64,000 bases of DNA, from positions 148,931 to 212,930 of the forward strand of contig CAVPJD010000011.1 in assembly GCA_963705165.1 (NCBI GenBank), in the 5' to 3' direction. Below the pieces are notes generated by a model that saw only the letters and a program-made list of their open reading frames with translations, searched no databases and was not told the origin of the DNA. The position numbers and the translations under genes were made by a program. Positions 48,413 to 58,269 of this stretch are shown here, one piece after another (the stretch's first letter is position 1; each line of letters begins with the position of its first letter). The DNA is from an uncultured delta proteobacterium. Lineage in GTDB: Bacteria > Desulfobacterota > Syntrophia > Syntrophales > UBA2192.

Positions 48413-49378
48413 GTGATTGACCTGGAGCATCTCAACAGCATCTCCCTCTCGTCGAACCCTCTCGGGCAGAGAATCGTGGCCCGGTTCGTTCTGTCGCCGA
48501 ACTACCGACTCTTTCAGAACGTGGACATCCGCCTGGAGAACGCGGAGAAGATACCCCGCGACGAGACGGTCATCTTCGCCATGAACCACACGGACCGCTA
48601 CAACTACTGGCCCTTCCAGTATGAGCTCTGGCGGAGGCACTACCCCTTCACGACGGTCTGGGCCAAGGGCAAGTACTACCGGAGCAAGGTGGTCGGGAAA
48701 TTACTCGACTCGTGCAACGTCATCCCCGTGCCATCCATGGGGTACCTCGTGGAGGAGTATTACAAACAAAGCTTCGGCCGGAAGATCGGGAGGGAGGAGT
48801 ACCGCGTCATCAAGGACTGGATCGACGGGAAGCACGAAGAGGCCGCCTCGCTGGCGAAACTCAAGGCCGAGACGACAACCCTCTTCAAGGAAAGCTACAT
48901 CGAGCATCTCAGGGAATATCATCAGACCCTGATGGAGAAAGTGGCCGAGCTGAGCACAAGGGCCCTCAAGGAGTGGGGCCTGGGCCTGATCATCTTCCCC
49001 GAGGGAACCCGGTCGATCAGGCTGGGTGAGGGGAGAATCGGGATCGCCCAGATCGCCCTCTACTCGGGAAAGAAGATCATCCCCGTGGGCTGCAACAACT
49101 CCGACACCGTCTACACGGGCCATTCGCCCTTCGCGAAAACGGGCGCCATCACCTACCGGATCGGCGATCCCCTCGATATGGACGGCAGGCTGAAGGAGTT
49201 CCGCATCACGGAGCCCTTCAAGCTCTTCTCGCGCGAATCCCAGCAGAAATATTGGGCTCAGTTCGAAGGCGTCACCCGGGTTGTCATGGACAGTCTCAAC
49301 GAGTTGCTCGACGAGAGGCATCGCCGCGAGCGGCAGGAGCCGCAGGATACAGGCTCCAGGCTTCAGGCTTCAGGCTAA
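48413..49378 (+). CDS. Lysophospholipid acyltransferase (PlsC superfamily)
   Basis: IFAMNHT, IIFPEGTRS and IIPVG. Confidence 0.85.
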   Translation: MIDLEHLNSISLSSNPLGQRIVARFVLSPNYRLFQNVDIRLENAEKIPRDETVIFAMNHTDRYNYWPFQYELWRRHYPFTTVWAKGKYYRSKVVGKLLDSCNVIPVPSMGYLVEEYYKQSFGRKIGREEYRVIKDWIDGKHEEAASLAKLKAETTTLFKESYIEHLREYHQTLMEKVAELSTRALKEWGLGLIIFPEGTRSIRLGEGRIGIAQIALYSGKKIIPVGCNNSDTVYTGHSPFAKTGAITYRIGDPLDMDGRLKEFRITEPFKLFSRESQQKYWAQFEGVTRVVMDSLNELLDERHRRERQEPQDTGSRLQASG

Positions 49379-49490
49379 GACATAAAGAACAAAAGCTTTT
49401 CCCGATATGCTGCAAGCCTAAAATAATAAATCCCCATTCCATCTCTTTCTGCAAAAGAGAAGAAAGGGGGCGAATTTGCGGCAGCTTAAG

Positions 49491-49615
49491 AGGGCTAGTC
49501 GAAAATGCCGGGATGCAAGGCGCCCGACATTCCGAGGAGCGAGGCGTACTTTGTCCGCACGTTGAGCGACGAGGGCCGAGGGCAACTCCGCAGATGGGCG
49601 TTTTTCATGAGCCCT
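49491..49615. mobile_element. MITE-like element of about 125 bp overlapping the thiC stop codon
   Basis: Imperfect terminal inverted repeats AGGGCTAGTCGAAAATGCC / GGCGTTTTTCATGAGCCCT; no transposase. Confidence 0.6.
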
Positions 49616-50939
49616 TCCTTTTCTTCCCCAGCCTGACGGCGCAGAGATCCCCGCACATTGTACAGCCTTCCTCCTCGGCGCTTTTGCTCTTCTCGAGCCA
49701 GGCCCTCGAGCGGGCAGGGTCGATTGAGGCCAGGATCTGGCCTTCCCAGTCGAGCTCCTTTCGGCACCGGGCCATGCGGTGATCCCGCTCGATCGCCCCG
49801 GGGATACCCTTGGCGATGTCGGCGATGTGGGCGGCAATCCTGGATGCGACAACGCCTTCCCGCACATCGTCGATCGTGGGGAGTCTCAGGTGCTCCGACG
49901 GGGTCACGTAACAGAGATAGTCGGCCCCGGCCCAACCGGCAAGGGCGCCGCCGATGGCCGCCGTGATGTGGTCATAGCCCGGGGCGATGTCCGTGGGCAG
50001 AGGCCCCAGGACGTAGAAGGGCGCCCCGTTGCAGAGGCTCTTTTCCAGGAGGACGTTGGCCTGGATATCACGGAGCGGCACGTGGCCCGGGCCCTCGATC
50101 ATGACCTGGACGCCACGCTCCCTTGCCCGAAGGGTCAGCTCCCCAAGGAGGATGAGCTCCTGGACCTGGCCCCGGTCGGTGGCATCGGCCAGGCAGCCGG
50201 GTCGCAGGCCATCGCCCAGGCTCAGCACCATGTCGTAGCGCTTCGCGATTTCCACAAGCCTGTCGTACTGCTCGTAGAGAGGGTTTTCCCTGTCGTTGTA
50301 GTCCATCCAGTGGGCCAGGATGGAGCCCCCCCGGCTCACGATGCCGAGCACCCGCCCCTGGGTCTCGAGCCTTCTTACGCTTTCCCTTGTCACGCCGCAA
50401 TGGACGGTCAGAAAGTCGACGCCGTCCTGGCCGTTTTCCTCGATGGCCTGGAAGAGATCGTCGGCCGTCATCTCCACGATGGACTTCCCGGCATTCACGG
50501 CCGCAACGGCGGCCTGGTAGATGGGGACGGTGCCGATGGCAACTGTCGATGCCGCGATGATGGCCCGGCGGATTGCCCCGAGATCTCCCCCTGTGGAGAG
50601 GTCCATGATCGTGTCGGTGCCCGCGGCGATGGAGACTCGGACCTTCTCCAGCTCGTGGGCCACATCGGCGCGGTCCTTCGAGGTACCCACGTTGGCGTTG
50701 ACCTTCGTCCGGAGACCCTTGCCAATGGCCATGGCCGCAATCGAGGTGTGCCTGTTGTTACGGACGACGACGATGGTCCCGTCCTCGACACCCTTTCGAA
50801 TAGTCTCGGGCTCAACGCTTTCCTGCTTCGCGCAGAATGCCATCTCTTCGGAGATGATCCCCTTGCGCGCCATTTCCAGTTGTGTCTGATTATCTTTCAT
50901 TGCTTTCACTTTTCCTGTTGTTGCAACATTGCGTGACAT
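49605..50939 (-). CDS. thiC: Phosphomethylpyrimidine synthase ThiC (start may be 50900)
   Basis: TKVNANVGTS, MDLSTGG, GTVPIYQ, VSRGGS, LGDGLRPG, EGPGH, YDHIT, CYVTPSEHL and CTMCGDLC; downstream of a TPP riboswitch. Confidence 0.95.
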   Translation of the reverse strand: MSRNVATTGKVKAMKDNQTQLEMARKGIISEEMAFCAKQESVEPETIRKGVEDGTIVVVRNNRHTSIAAMAIGKGLRTKVNANVGTSKDRADVAHELEKVRVSIAAGTDTIMDLSTGGDLGAIRRAIIAASTVAIGTVPIYQAAVAAVNAGKSIVEMTADDLFQAIEENGQDGVDFLTVHCGVTRESVRRLETQGRVLGIVSRGGSILAHWMDYNDRENPLYEQYDRLVEIAKRYDMVLSLGDGLRPGCLADATDRGQVQELILLGELTLRARERGVQVMIEGPGHVPLRDIQANVLLEKSLCNGAPFYVLGPLPTDIAPGYDHITAAIGGALAGWAGADYLCYVTPSEHLRLPTIDDVREGVVASRIAAHIADIAKGIPGAIERDHRMARCRKELDWEGQILASIDPARSRAWLEKSKSAEEEGCTMCGDLCAVRLGKKRKGS

Positions 50940-50942
50940 GGA

Positions 50943-51857
50943 TCAGATCCCCTGTTTCTTTTTCAGCGTCTTTGCCGGCTTCAGCGCCTTGCCGACCGGG
51001 GCGCGCCCTTCTTTTATCCCTGCGCCGGCCCCCTTCAACTGATCTGTGCAACGGATGCGCTCGCACTGACGGAGCAGAGGCGCAACGTGGTTCACCGGCC
51101 CCTGTCCGCCCCCGATGGCAATGCCGAAAAGGATCGCCTCGGTGACGTAGTCCTTCGCACGCTTCACGGCCGCAAGGACCCCGTCTCCCTGCGCCAGGCC
51201 CGTGGCGATGGCCGAGGCAAAGGTGCATCCCGTGCCGTGGGTGTGTTTCGTGTCGATGCGCTTCGTTGCGAATTCATGGAAACTCTTGCCGTCGAACAGA
51301 AGATCCATGGCGTCGCCGTCGAGATGCCCGCCCTTGATGACGACGTTCTTTGCCCCGAGCCTGTGGATCATCACGGCGGCTTTTTTCATGTTGTCTTTTT
51401 TGACAATCCGCATCCCCGCGAGGACCTCCGCCTCGGGGATGTTGGGCGTGACGACCGTGGCCAGCGGAATCAGCTCTTTCACCAGCGCTCCCCGGGCCTC
51501 CTCGCGCAGAAGGGCGCTTCCGCCCTTGGCCACCATGACCGGGTCGACAACCAGCTTCCGAATCTTGTACTGGCGGATCTTCCCGACAACGGACCGGATG
51601 ATCTCCGACGAGGAGAGCATCCCCGTCTTGGCCGCGTCGACGCCGATGTCGGTCGCCACGGAATCGAACTGCTTCTCGATAAACTCCACGGGAACCTCAT
51701 AGACCCCCTGGACCCCCAGGGTGTTCTGGGCCGTGAGCGCAGTGATGACGCTCATCCCGAAGCCGCCGAGGGCCGTGATAGTCTTCAGGTCGGCCTGGAT
51801 GCCGGCCCCCCCGCCGGAATCGGATCCCGCGATCGTCAATACTCTCTTCACTTCCAT
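50943..51857 (-). CDS. thiD: Hydroxymethylpyrimidine/phosphomethylpyrimidine kinase ThiD
   Basis: [40 protein letters not shown] and THGTGCT; GGAGGAG RBS. Confidence 0.96.
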   Translation of the reverse strand: MEVKRVLTIAGSDSGGGAGIQADLKTITALGGFGMSVITALTAQNTLGVQGVYEVPVEFIEKQFDSVATDIGVDAAKTGMLSSSEIIRSVVGKIRQYKIRKLVVDPVMVAKGGSALLREEARGALVKELIPLATVVTPNIPEAEVLAGMRIVKKDNMKKAAVMIHRLGAKNVVIKGGHLDGDAMDLLFDGKSFHEFATKRIDTKHTHGTGCTFASAIATGLAQGDGVLAAVKRAKDYVTEAILFGIAIGGGQGPVNHVAPLLRQCERIRCTDQLKGAGAGIKEGRAPVGKALKPAKTLKKKQGI

Positions 51858-51875
51858 TTCATTCTCCTCCAAAGC

Positions 51876-51906
51876 AAAAAGGCACACCCCTGGTGGATGT
51901 GCCTTC
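51876..51906 (-). terminator. Riboswitch expression-platform terminator
   Basis: Minus strand GAAGGCACA-tccaccagggg-TGTGCCTTTTT, immediately upstream of the thiD RBS. Confidence 0.75.
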
Positions 51907-51924
51907 TGACGATACAATCGCTTC

Positions 51925-52005
51925 CGCCACTCCCTACGCTGGCATTACCCAGGTCAGGTTCGAAGGGTATACTCTCAGCCTGTACGGCACCCCCAGGATC
52001 GGCTA
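51925..52005 (-). ncRNA. TPP riboswitch
   Basis: Minus strand GGGGTGCC...GGCTGAGAGTATACCCTTCGAACCTGACCTGGGTAATGCCAGCGTAGGGAG matches the THI-box consensus; upstream of thiD-thiC. Confidence 0.95.
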
Positions 52006-52020
52006 TTCAGTTGTAGTTAA

Positions 52021-52049
52021 ACCCTACTCCAGGGTGTCGCCGGAATCAA
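52021..52049 (-). promoter_or_regulatory. Candidate sigma-70 promoter for the thi leader
   Basis: TTGATT-N17-TAGGGT directly upstream of the riboswitch. Confidence 0.5.
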
Positions 52050-52149
52050 GTCAATTCTTGGCATGACCCGGATAAAATAGCACTTGAAATACGCCGCGCT
52101 CATGGCTAAGGATTGTAGCCGCAACGATAAAAAGTGATATGGAGCCTGA

Positions 52150-53352
52150 TTGTTGACCCGCCCTGCCCCCTTTGTATTCCTGATCTGCCTGGCAGAGACT
52201 CTCTCTATGACGGGGACCATGTACTTCCCGGCCCTGCTGCCCTCCTTCCAGGCCGAATGGGGGCTGACCAACACGGCGGCGGGCTGGATCAACGGTGTAT
52301 TTTTCGCCGGCTACGCCATCACATCACCCATCCTCGTAGGCCTCACAGACCGGATCGACGCCCGGCGGATCTACCTGCCTTCGGCTCTTCTCGCAGCCCT
52401 CTCCCTGTTTCTCTTCGGGTGGTGCGCCGAGGGGACCTGGACGGCGGCAGCCCTTCGACTCCTGGCGGGGATTGGTCTTGCAGGCACCTACATGCCGGGC
52501 CTCAGGGCCCTGAGCGACAACGTGACGGGGCCGAAGCAGAGCCGCTACATTGTCTTTTACACGGCGTCCTACGGGATCGGGACGGCACTGTCCGTCTATC
52601 TGGCGGGCCTGCTCGACCCGGTAATCGGCTGGCGCTGGGGAGCGCAACTCCTGGCCCTGGGACCGCTGGCAGCTCTTCTTATTTTTGCAGTCGTCGTTCC
52701 TCCGCGAAAGCCCCCGGGGTCCGCGGCCGGTCTGCGGTTCTCGAGAAATGACATGAAGACCGTCCTGTCAAACCGTCCCGCAGTAGGCTACATGCTGGGT
52801 TACGGGGTCCACTGCTGGGAGCTCTTCGGATTCCGGTCCTGGCTTGTGGCTTTTCTCGTATACAGCCTGAGCCTGCAGCCGGGCTTCGACACCCCGTTGA
52901 GTCCCCAGAACATTGCCATGTTCATCCTGCTCATCGGGGTGCCGGCCAGCATCGTCGGCAATGAGGGCGCCATGAAGTGGGGGCGTCGCAGGGCTCTTAC
53001 GATGTACATGATCGGATCGGGTATTCTCGGCTGTGTCATCGGGTTTACCGCCGCACTCGACTTCTACCTGCTCGTTGCCCTCTGCCTTCTGTACGGCATG
53101 ACGACCCTCTTCGACAGCGGGGCCCTCACGGCGGGACTTGTTGCTGAAACCGCGGAGGAACAGCGGGGGCTCACGCTGGCCGTCTACTCCTTCACGGGCT
53201 TCGGGATGGCCTTTCTGGCGCCGCTTGCATTCGGGGCCATCCTGGACGGAGCCGGCCGGGGTATTGCGGCGTGGGGCCTCGCCTTTGCGGCCCTTGGGAT
53301 TGTCTGCATGTCGGGCGCCCTCTGGCTGAGGATTTTCCGGGCAGGGCCATGA
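52150..53352 (+). CDS. MFS transporter
   Basis: GLTDRIDARR motif A, RLLAGIGLAGTYMPG and 12 TM helices. Confidence 0.92.
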   Translation: MLTRPAPFVFLICLAETLSMTGTMYFPALLPSFQAEWGLTNTAAGWINGVFFAGYAITSPILVGLTDRIDARRIYLPSALLAALSLFLFGWCAEGTWTAAALRLLAGIGLAGTYMPGLRALSDNVTGPKQSRYIVFYTASYGIGTALSVYLAGLLDPVIGWRWGAQLLALGPLAALLIFAVVVPPRKPPGSAAGLRFSRNDMKTVLSNRPAVGYMLGYGVHCWELFGFRSWLVAFLVYSLSLQPGFDTPLSPQNIAMFILLIGVPASIVGNEGAMKWGRRRALTMYMIGSGILGCVIGFTAALDFYLLVALCLLYGMTTLFDSGALTAGLVAETAEEQRGLTLAVYSFTGFGMAFLAPLAFGAILDGAGRGIAAWGLAFAALGIVCMSGALWLRIFRAGP

Positions 53353-53454
53353 ACGGGTTCCGGACATTGACACCGGTTACGCCGGCCCCTATACTGTCGC
53401 TGCCTGCGCAGATTGACCCTGCAGAGCAAATCCGAGAAAAACCGATTTGAGGCC

Positions 53455-54327
53455 ATGCCGATGCAGATCACGGAATACATCCACGCTCTCCGTATTCCCT
53501 TCCAGGTCCACCTTCCCACGGGCGTCACCCTCGAGCGTTTTGTCTATACCTTCCTGATCCTTGGCAAGAGGGTCTGCCTGATCGACAGCGGGGTTGCCTC
53601 TGCAGAGACGGTCATCTTTGAGACCCTCGCAAAGGCGGGGAGAGAGCCGCAGGAGATCGACCTGCTCGTCCTGACGCACTCCCACCCAGATCACATAGGC
53701 GCAGCCAAAGCCATCCGGGAGAATACGGGCTGCCTCGTCGCGGCCCACGAAGCCGAAAAAGGCTGGGTCGAGGATGTGGATCTCCAGTCGAGGGAGCGCC
53801 CCGTTCCCGGGTTTCACTCCCTGGTGGGAGGGTCGGTGCCCGTCGGCCGGTCGCTTGCAGACGGGGACGAAATCGATCTCGGGGGCGGTCATTCCCTGAA
53901 GGTGCTCCATGCTCCGGGGCACTCGGCGGGATCCATCTGCCTGCTCTACGAAAAGGAAAAGGCTCTCTTCAGCGCCGATGCGGTTCCCGTCCCCGGTGAG
54001 ATCCCGATCTACGAGGACATCGCCGAGTCGGCCCGGACGCTCAAACGCCTGAGAGCGCTGCCGGGAGTCGACCACCTGCTTGCCGCCTGGGACAGGCCCC
54101 GGCAGGGCCGCGAGGTCGACGAGGCGATCGCAGGCGGGCTGCAGACCCTGCAGCGGATCCACACGATCGTCACCGGCTTTGCAAGCGAAGGGGCTTCGGG
54201 GGACCCCATGGAGCTTTGCAGAAAAGCGCTCGCGGCGATGGCCCTTCCGCCGGCTCTCGCCAATCCTTTGATCGCCCGGTCTTTCCTGTCCAGCCTGAAG
54301 GTGAAAGACAGGCAGGATCTCTTCTAG
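53455..54327 (+). CDS. MBL-fold metallo-hydrolase
   Basis: LIDSG, THSHPDHIG, APGHSAG and FSADA. Confidence 0.92.
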   Translation: MPMQITEYIHALRIPFQVHLPTGVTLERFVYTFLILGKRVCLIDSGVASAETVIFETLAKAGREPQEIDLLVLTHSHPDHIGAAKAIRENTGCLVAAHEAEKGWVEDVDLQSRERPVPGFHSLVGGSVPVGRSLADGDEIDLGGGHSLKVLHAPGHSAGSICLLYEKEKALFSADAVPVPGEIPIYEDIAESARTLKRLRALPGVDHLLAAWDRPRQGREVDEAIAGGLQTLQRIHTIVTGFASEGASGDPMELCRKALAAMALPPALANPLIARSFLSSLKVKDRQDLF

Positions 54328-54351
54328 GCATGAACCTGCGGGAGCATATCG

Positions 54352-55269
54352 ATGGCCTTTCAGCAAATTCGCGATAACCTGTACCTGATCGACATCGACC
54401 AGGCACTCGAGGGATTCCGGAAGTTCATCAGCGCATGGCTCTACAGGGTTAACGGGGCGACGCTTCTTGTCGACCCGGGGCCGGCTTCCACCATCCCTTA
54501 CCTCGTGGAGCGGCTGAAGCAGGCCGGTGTCGACAGGGTCGATCACGTCCTTCTCACCCACATCCACCTGGATCACGCCGGCGGGACGGGCCAGCTTCTG
54601 CGGCACTTCCCCGGGGCGAGGGTCAACTGCCACCCCAAGGGAATTCCGCATCTGGTGGCCCCGCAAAAGCTGTGGGAGGAATCCATCAAGGTTCTGGGAA
54701 AAGTCGCCGCAGCCTACGGCGAGATGGCGCCGGTGCCCGAATCCGGCATCTCCTTCCGTGACAGGATCGATCTCGGGGGAGCGTTCATCGAGGTCATCGA
54801 GACGCCCGGGCACGCGCCGCATCATGTCTCGTACCGGGTGGGGGAAATTCTCTTTGCCGGAGAGATAGGCGGTGTCTACGTCCCTCTCGACGAGGGGTTT
54901 TACGTCCGCCCCGCCACACCACCGCCCTTCCGGCACGAGACCTTCCAGGAGTCAATCGCGAAAGCGGCCGCTTTGGACGTGTCGCTTGTCTGCCTCGGCC
55001 ACTACGGCTGCATGCAGGATGCGGCAGCCCTGTTCGAACGGGCCGGGAGGCAGCTCGACTTCTGGGTGGAGACGGTGGAGAGTCACTTCAAGGCAGGGAG
55101 CGATTCCTTCGAGGAGACCGTCCTGGCCGACCTCATCGCCCACGACCCGGACATGGCGGGCTGGCACTTGTTGCCGAAGGACATCCAGGCCCGCGAGCGC
55201 AATTTCTGCTTCAACAGCATCCGGGGAATCCGGGGATACCTGGCAAAAGAAGAAGGTAAGAAGGTCTGA
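54352..55269 (+). CDS. MBL-fold metallo-hydrolase
   Basis: LVDPG, THIHLDHAGG, TPGHAPHH, FAGE and GHYG. Confidence 0.92.
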   Translation: MAFQQIRDNLYLIDIDQALEGFRKFISAWLYRVNGATLLVDPGPASTIPYLVERLKQAGVDRVDHVLLTHIHLDHAGGTGQLLRHFPGARVNCHPKGIPHLVAPQKLWEESIKVLGKVAAAYGEMAPVPESGISFRDRIDLGGAFIEVIETPGHAPHHVSYRVGEILFAGEIGGVYVPLDEGFYVRPATPPPFRHETFQESIAKAAALDVSLVCLGHYGCMQDAAALFERAGRQLDFWVETVESHFKAGSDSFEETVLADLIAHDPDMAGWHLLPKDIQARERNFCFNSIRGIRGYLAKEEGKKV

Positions 55270-55353
55270 AGTTAAGAAGGTTGGAGAAGTCGGCAGCCCT
55301 TGGTCAGCCTCCGGCTCGTCCAACTTTCTTACCCTCTTACCTTCTCACCTTCT
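55254..55353. repeat. Inverted pair of degenerate octamer tandem repeats (GAAGGTAA / TTACCTTC)
   Basis: gaaggtaagaaggtctgaagttaagaagg...cttaccctcttaccttctcaccttct; similar arrays at about 1573-1608 and 61586-61670. Confidence 0.7.
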
Positions 55354-55389
55354 ATGTTCGAGTTCATGTGCATGGAACCCGTTGCTATG

Positions 55390-56160
55390 TCACGGGATGC
55401 CGAACAGTGCCTTGGCGTTGGCCGTCGTCACGGCCGCCACCTCTTCAAAAGGTTTGCCCTTGATCTCGGCGATCTTCCGGGCCGTGTGGACCACGTGGGC
55501 GGGCTCGTTGCGCTTGCCGCGAAACGGGTTCGGGGTCAGGTAGGGGCAGTCCGTTTCCACCAGGAGCGTCTCCAGGGGCAGCTCCCTCACGATGGAACGC
55601 AGCTTCTCGCTCTTCTCGAAGGTCACCGTCCCGGGGATGGAGATGTAGAAGCCCAGCTCGATGCATTGCTTCGCCATCGGGTAGTCGCCGGAGAAGCAGT
55701 GGATGATCCCCCTCCGGCCCCCCTTCCAACTCTTGAGGAGATTCATCGTTTCACGGTGGGCGTCGCGGTCGTGGATCACGACGGGAAGATTCAACTCCGA
55801 GGCCAGCTCCAGCTGCTCCCCGAAGCGCTGGATCTGTGTAGCCCGGGGCGAGAGGTTCCGGAAGAAATCGAGGCCGATCTCGCCGTAGGCGACCACTTTC
55901 TCGTGCTTCGCCATCTCCTTGAGCGAGTCGTAGGTGCCGCCGTCAATGTCCTTTACCTCGTGAGGGTGGATGCCGATGACGGCGTAGACGCCAGGGTAGC
56001 GGCGGGTGATCTCGAGGGCCTTACGGCAGTCCTCCACGGTAGTCCCCACCGTGACGATGATCTCCACGCCGGCCGCCTTGGCCCTCCCGATGACCTGGTC
56101 GCGGTCCCGATCGAAATGCGGCATCTCCAGGTGGGCATGCGAGTCGATGATCCTGTCCAT
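55390..56160 (-). CDS. tatD: TatD-family nuclease
   Basis: IDSHAHL, GIHPH, GEIGLDF, HDRDAH, IHCFSG and ETDCPYL. Confidence 0.95.
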   Translation of the reverse strand: MDRIIDSHAHLEMPHFDRDRDQVIGRAKAAGVEIIVTVGTTVEDCRKALEITRRYPGVYAVIGIHPHEVKDIDGGTYDSLKEMAKHEKVVAYGEIGLDFFRNLSPRATQIQRFGEQLELASELNLPVVIHDRDAHRETMNLLKSWKGGRRGIIHCFSGDYPMAKQCIELGFYISIPGTVTFEKSEKLRSIVRELPLETLLVETDCPYLTPNPFRGKRNEPAHVVHTARKIAEIKGKPFEEVAAVTTANAKALFGIP

Positions 56161-56165
56161 CTGCC

Positions 56166-56348
56166 CTAGCTTTTCGCCGGCCGCTTCCGGTTCAGGTCCG
56201 CGGGGATTTCCTCGGCCTGGCTTGCCAGGTCGGGGAGCGTTGAGAGGTGTTTCGCGAGATACTTTTCCGTCATATCGCCCTTTTTCAGCTTCAGATCGAT
56301 CATTCTTTTGTCAATACTCTCCATGTTGAATGCCTCCTGTTTCTTCAT
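56166..56348 (-). CDS. Small hypothetical protein (start may be the second ATG, MESIDK)
   Basis: DKRMIDLKLKKG...KHLSTLPDLA; GGAGG RBS; sits in the operon between oppC and tatD. Confidence 0.6.
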   Translation of the reverse strand: MKKQEAFNMESIDKRMIDLKLKKGDMTEKYLAKHLSTLPDLASQAEEIPADLNRKRPAKS

Positions 56349-56416
56349 TCCGATCCTCCTCGTGAGTTCGCGTTGAACACGCCGGGATGACGGGAATGAT
56401 CAGATTGTTGCCTCTT

Positions 56417-57250
56417 TCAGCTCCGGAGCCTCGGATCGAGTGAGTCCCGGATCCCTTCGCCTAACATGTTGTAGCCCAGAACCGTCACCAGGATGGCAAG
56501 CCCCGGGTACAGGGAAAGCCACCAGGCGATGTCGATGTTGTCCTTCCCCGCCGTCAGAATGTTTCCCCAGCTCGGGGTGGGCGGCTGCACGCCGATCCCG
56601 AGAAAGCTCAGGGCAGACTCGGTGAGGATCGCCCCGGCCACCCCGAGGGTTGCCGCCACGAGCACCGAGGCCATGCAGTTGGGAAGGACGTGAATGAATA
56701 TGATCCGCGCATCGCTTGCCCCGATGACGCGGGCCGCCTGTACGAAGTCACGCTCCTTGAGCGAGATAAAATCGGCGCGCACCAGGCGCGTGATCCCCAT
56801 CCAGCCTGTGGCCCCGATAATGATCATGATGTTCCAGATCGAAGGCTCCAGGAAGGCGATAACGGCAAGGATCAGGAAGAACGTGGGGAAGCAGAGCATG
56901 ATGTCGACAAAGCGCATGATGACGGCATCGACCCCGCGCCCGTAGTACCCCGCCACGGAACCGAGGATCGCCCCGATGAGGATGGCGATGCCCGTGGAGA
57001 CAAACCCCACCTTGAGCGAGATCTGGGCCCCCCAGATCATCCGGGACATCACGTCGCGACCCAGCGGGTCCGTTCCGAACCAGTGCTTCGCCGAGGGCGG
57101 CTGCAGGATGTTCTTGAGATCGATCGCCGTCGGGTCGAAGGGGGCAAGCCAGGGTGCCAGGAGCGACACGACGAAAAGGAAAACGACGATGACGCTCCCC
57201 GCCACGGCGAGTCGATTTTTTGAGAACCGGTGCCAGAAATCCGTCTTCAT
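56417..57250 (-). CDS. Peptide/nickel ABC permease (OppC/DppC)
   Basis: HWFGTDPLGRD, FVQAARVIGAS, ESALSFLG and PTPSWG. Confidence 0.95.
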   Translation of the reverse strand: MKTDFWHRFSKNRLAVAGSVIVVFLFVVSLLAPWLAPFDPTAIDLKNILQPPSAKHWFGTDPLGRDVMSRMIWGAQISLKVGFVSTGIAILIGAILGSVAGYYGRGVDAVIMRFVDIMLCFPTFFLILAVIAFLEPSIWNIMIIIGATGWMGITRLVRADFISLKERDFVQAARVIGASDARIIFIHVLPNCMASVLVAATLGVAGAILTESALSFLGIGVQPPTPSWGNILTAGKDNIDIAWWLSLYPGLAILVTVLGYNMLGEGIRDSLDPRLRS

Positions 57251-57293
57251 CGTACGTTCCGCTTTTCTCCCATTCTTTTCACACCCCCCCGCC

Positions 57294-58268
57294 TCAGGAA
57301 ATCCGGATCCGCGGGTCGGCCAGCGCATAGAATACATCGGCCAGCAAATTCCCGATGAGCGTCAGCACCGCGCCGATGACCAGGATCCCCATCACCACGG
57401 GGTAATCGCGCGCCATTACGGCCATGTAGAAGAGCTGCCCCATGCCGGGGATGCTGAAAATGGTCTCGAAGATGACGCTTCCGCCGATGAGCCCCGGGAC
57501 CGAAAGGCCCAGGAGCGTGATGACCGGAAGCATGGCATTGCGCAGGGCGTGCTTGTAGATGACCGTCCGCTCCGGGAGCCCCTTGGCCCGGGCCGTCGTG
57601 ATGTAGTCCTGCCGGATGACCTCCAGCATGTTGGAGCGCATGTAGCGCGAAAGCCCCGCAAGCCCCCCGAACGCCGCAATCGAAACCGGCAGGATCAGGT
57701 GCTTCAGAAAATCCCAGAAGGCCTCGGCGGGAGGCAGATATTCATAGTTCAGAGACCGGATGCCCGAGATGGGGAGCCAGTCCAGGTGGATGCCGAAGAG
57801 GATCATGAGCAGAAGCGCAAGCCAGAAGGTCGGGATGGCAAACCCCAGGAAGACGAACACGCTCATGACCCGGTCGAAGGTGGACCCCTGCCGCACCGCC
57901 GAGAGCACCCCGATGGGGATGGCGATGAGAAAGATGAGGGCCATGGAGAGCACGTTCAGGAAAACGGTGATAGGAAGCCGCTCGAGGATCTTCGCCGACA
58001 CGGGCCTGCCGTCCGGCGAGAAGGATACGCCCATATCGAGCACGAGGAGGCGTCCGAGCCACTTGCCGTACTGGACGTGCAGCGGCTTGTCGAGGTCGTA
58101 CATGGCCCGCAGGCGCTCCTTCATCTCGGCCGTCACCCGGGGGTTCATCTCCGTCTGGAGATCCGTCGGCGAGCCCGGCGCCAGGTGCATGACGGAAAAA
58201 CAGATAATCGTGATCCCGAAAAAGAGGGGGATCATGAAGAGGAAGCGCCTGGCCACATAGCGAAGCAT
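57294..58268 (-). CDS. Peptide/nickel ABC permease (OppB/DppB)
   Basis: [31 protein letters not shown] and ADPRI. Confidence 0.95.
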   Translation of the reverse strand: MLRYVARRFLFMIPLFFGITIICFSVMHLAPGSPTDLQTEMNPRVTAEMKERLRAMYDLDKPLHVQYGKWLGRLLVLDMGVSFSPDGRPVSAKILERLPITVFLNVLSMALIFLIAIPIGVLSAVRQGSTFDRVMSVFVFLGFAIPTFWLALLLMILFGIHLDWLPISGIRSLNYEYLPPAEAFWDFLKHLILPVSIAAFGGLAGLSRYMRSNMLEVIRQDYITTARAKGLPERTVIYKHALRNAMLPVITLLGLSVPGLIGGSVIFETIFSIPGMGQLFYMAVMARDYPVVMGILVIGAVLTLIGNLLADVFYALADPRIRIS

Positions 58269-58269
58269 G

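Noticed and set aside
49605..50939. BzaA/BzaB/BzaF rather than ThiC
   Set aside because: The gene is co-transcribed with thiD under a TPP riboswitch, which supports thiC.
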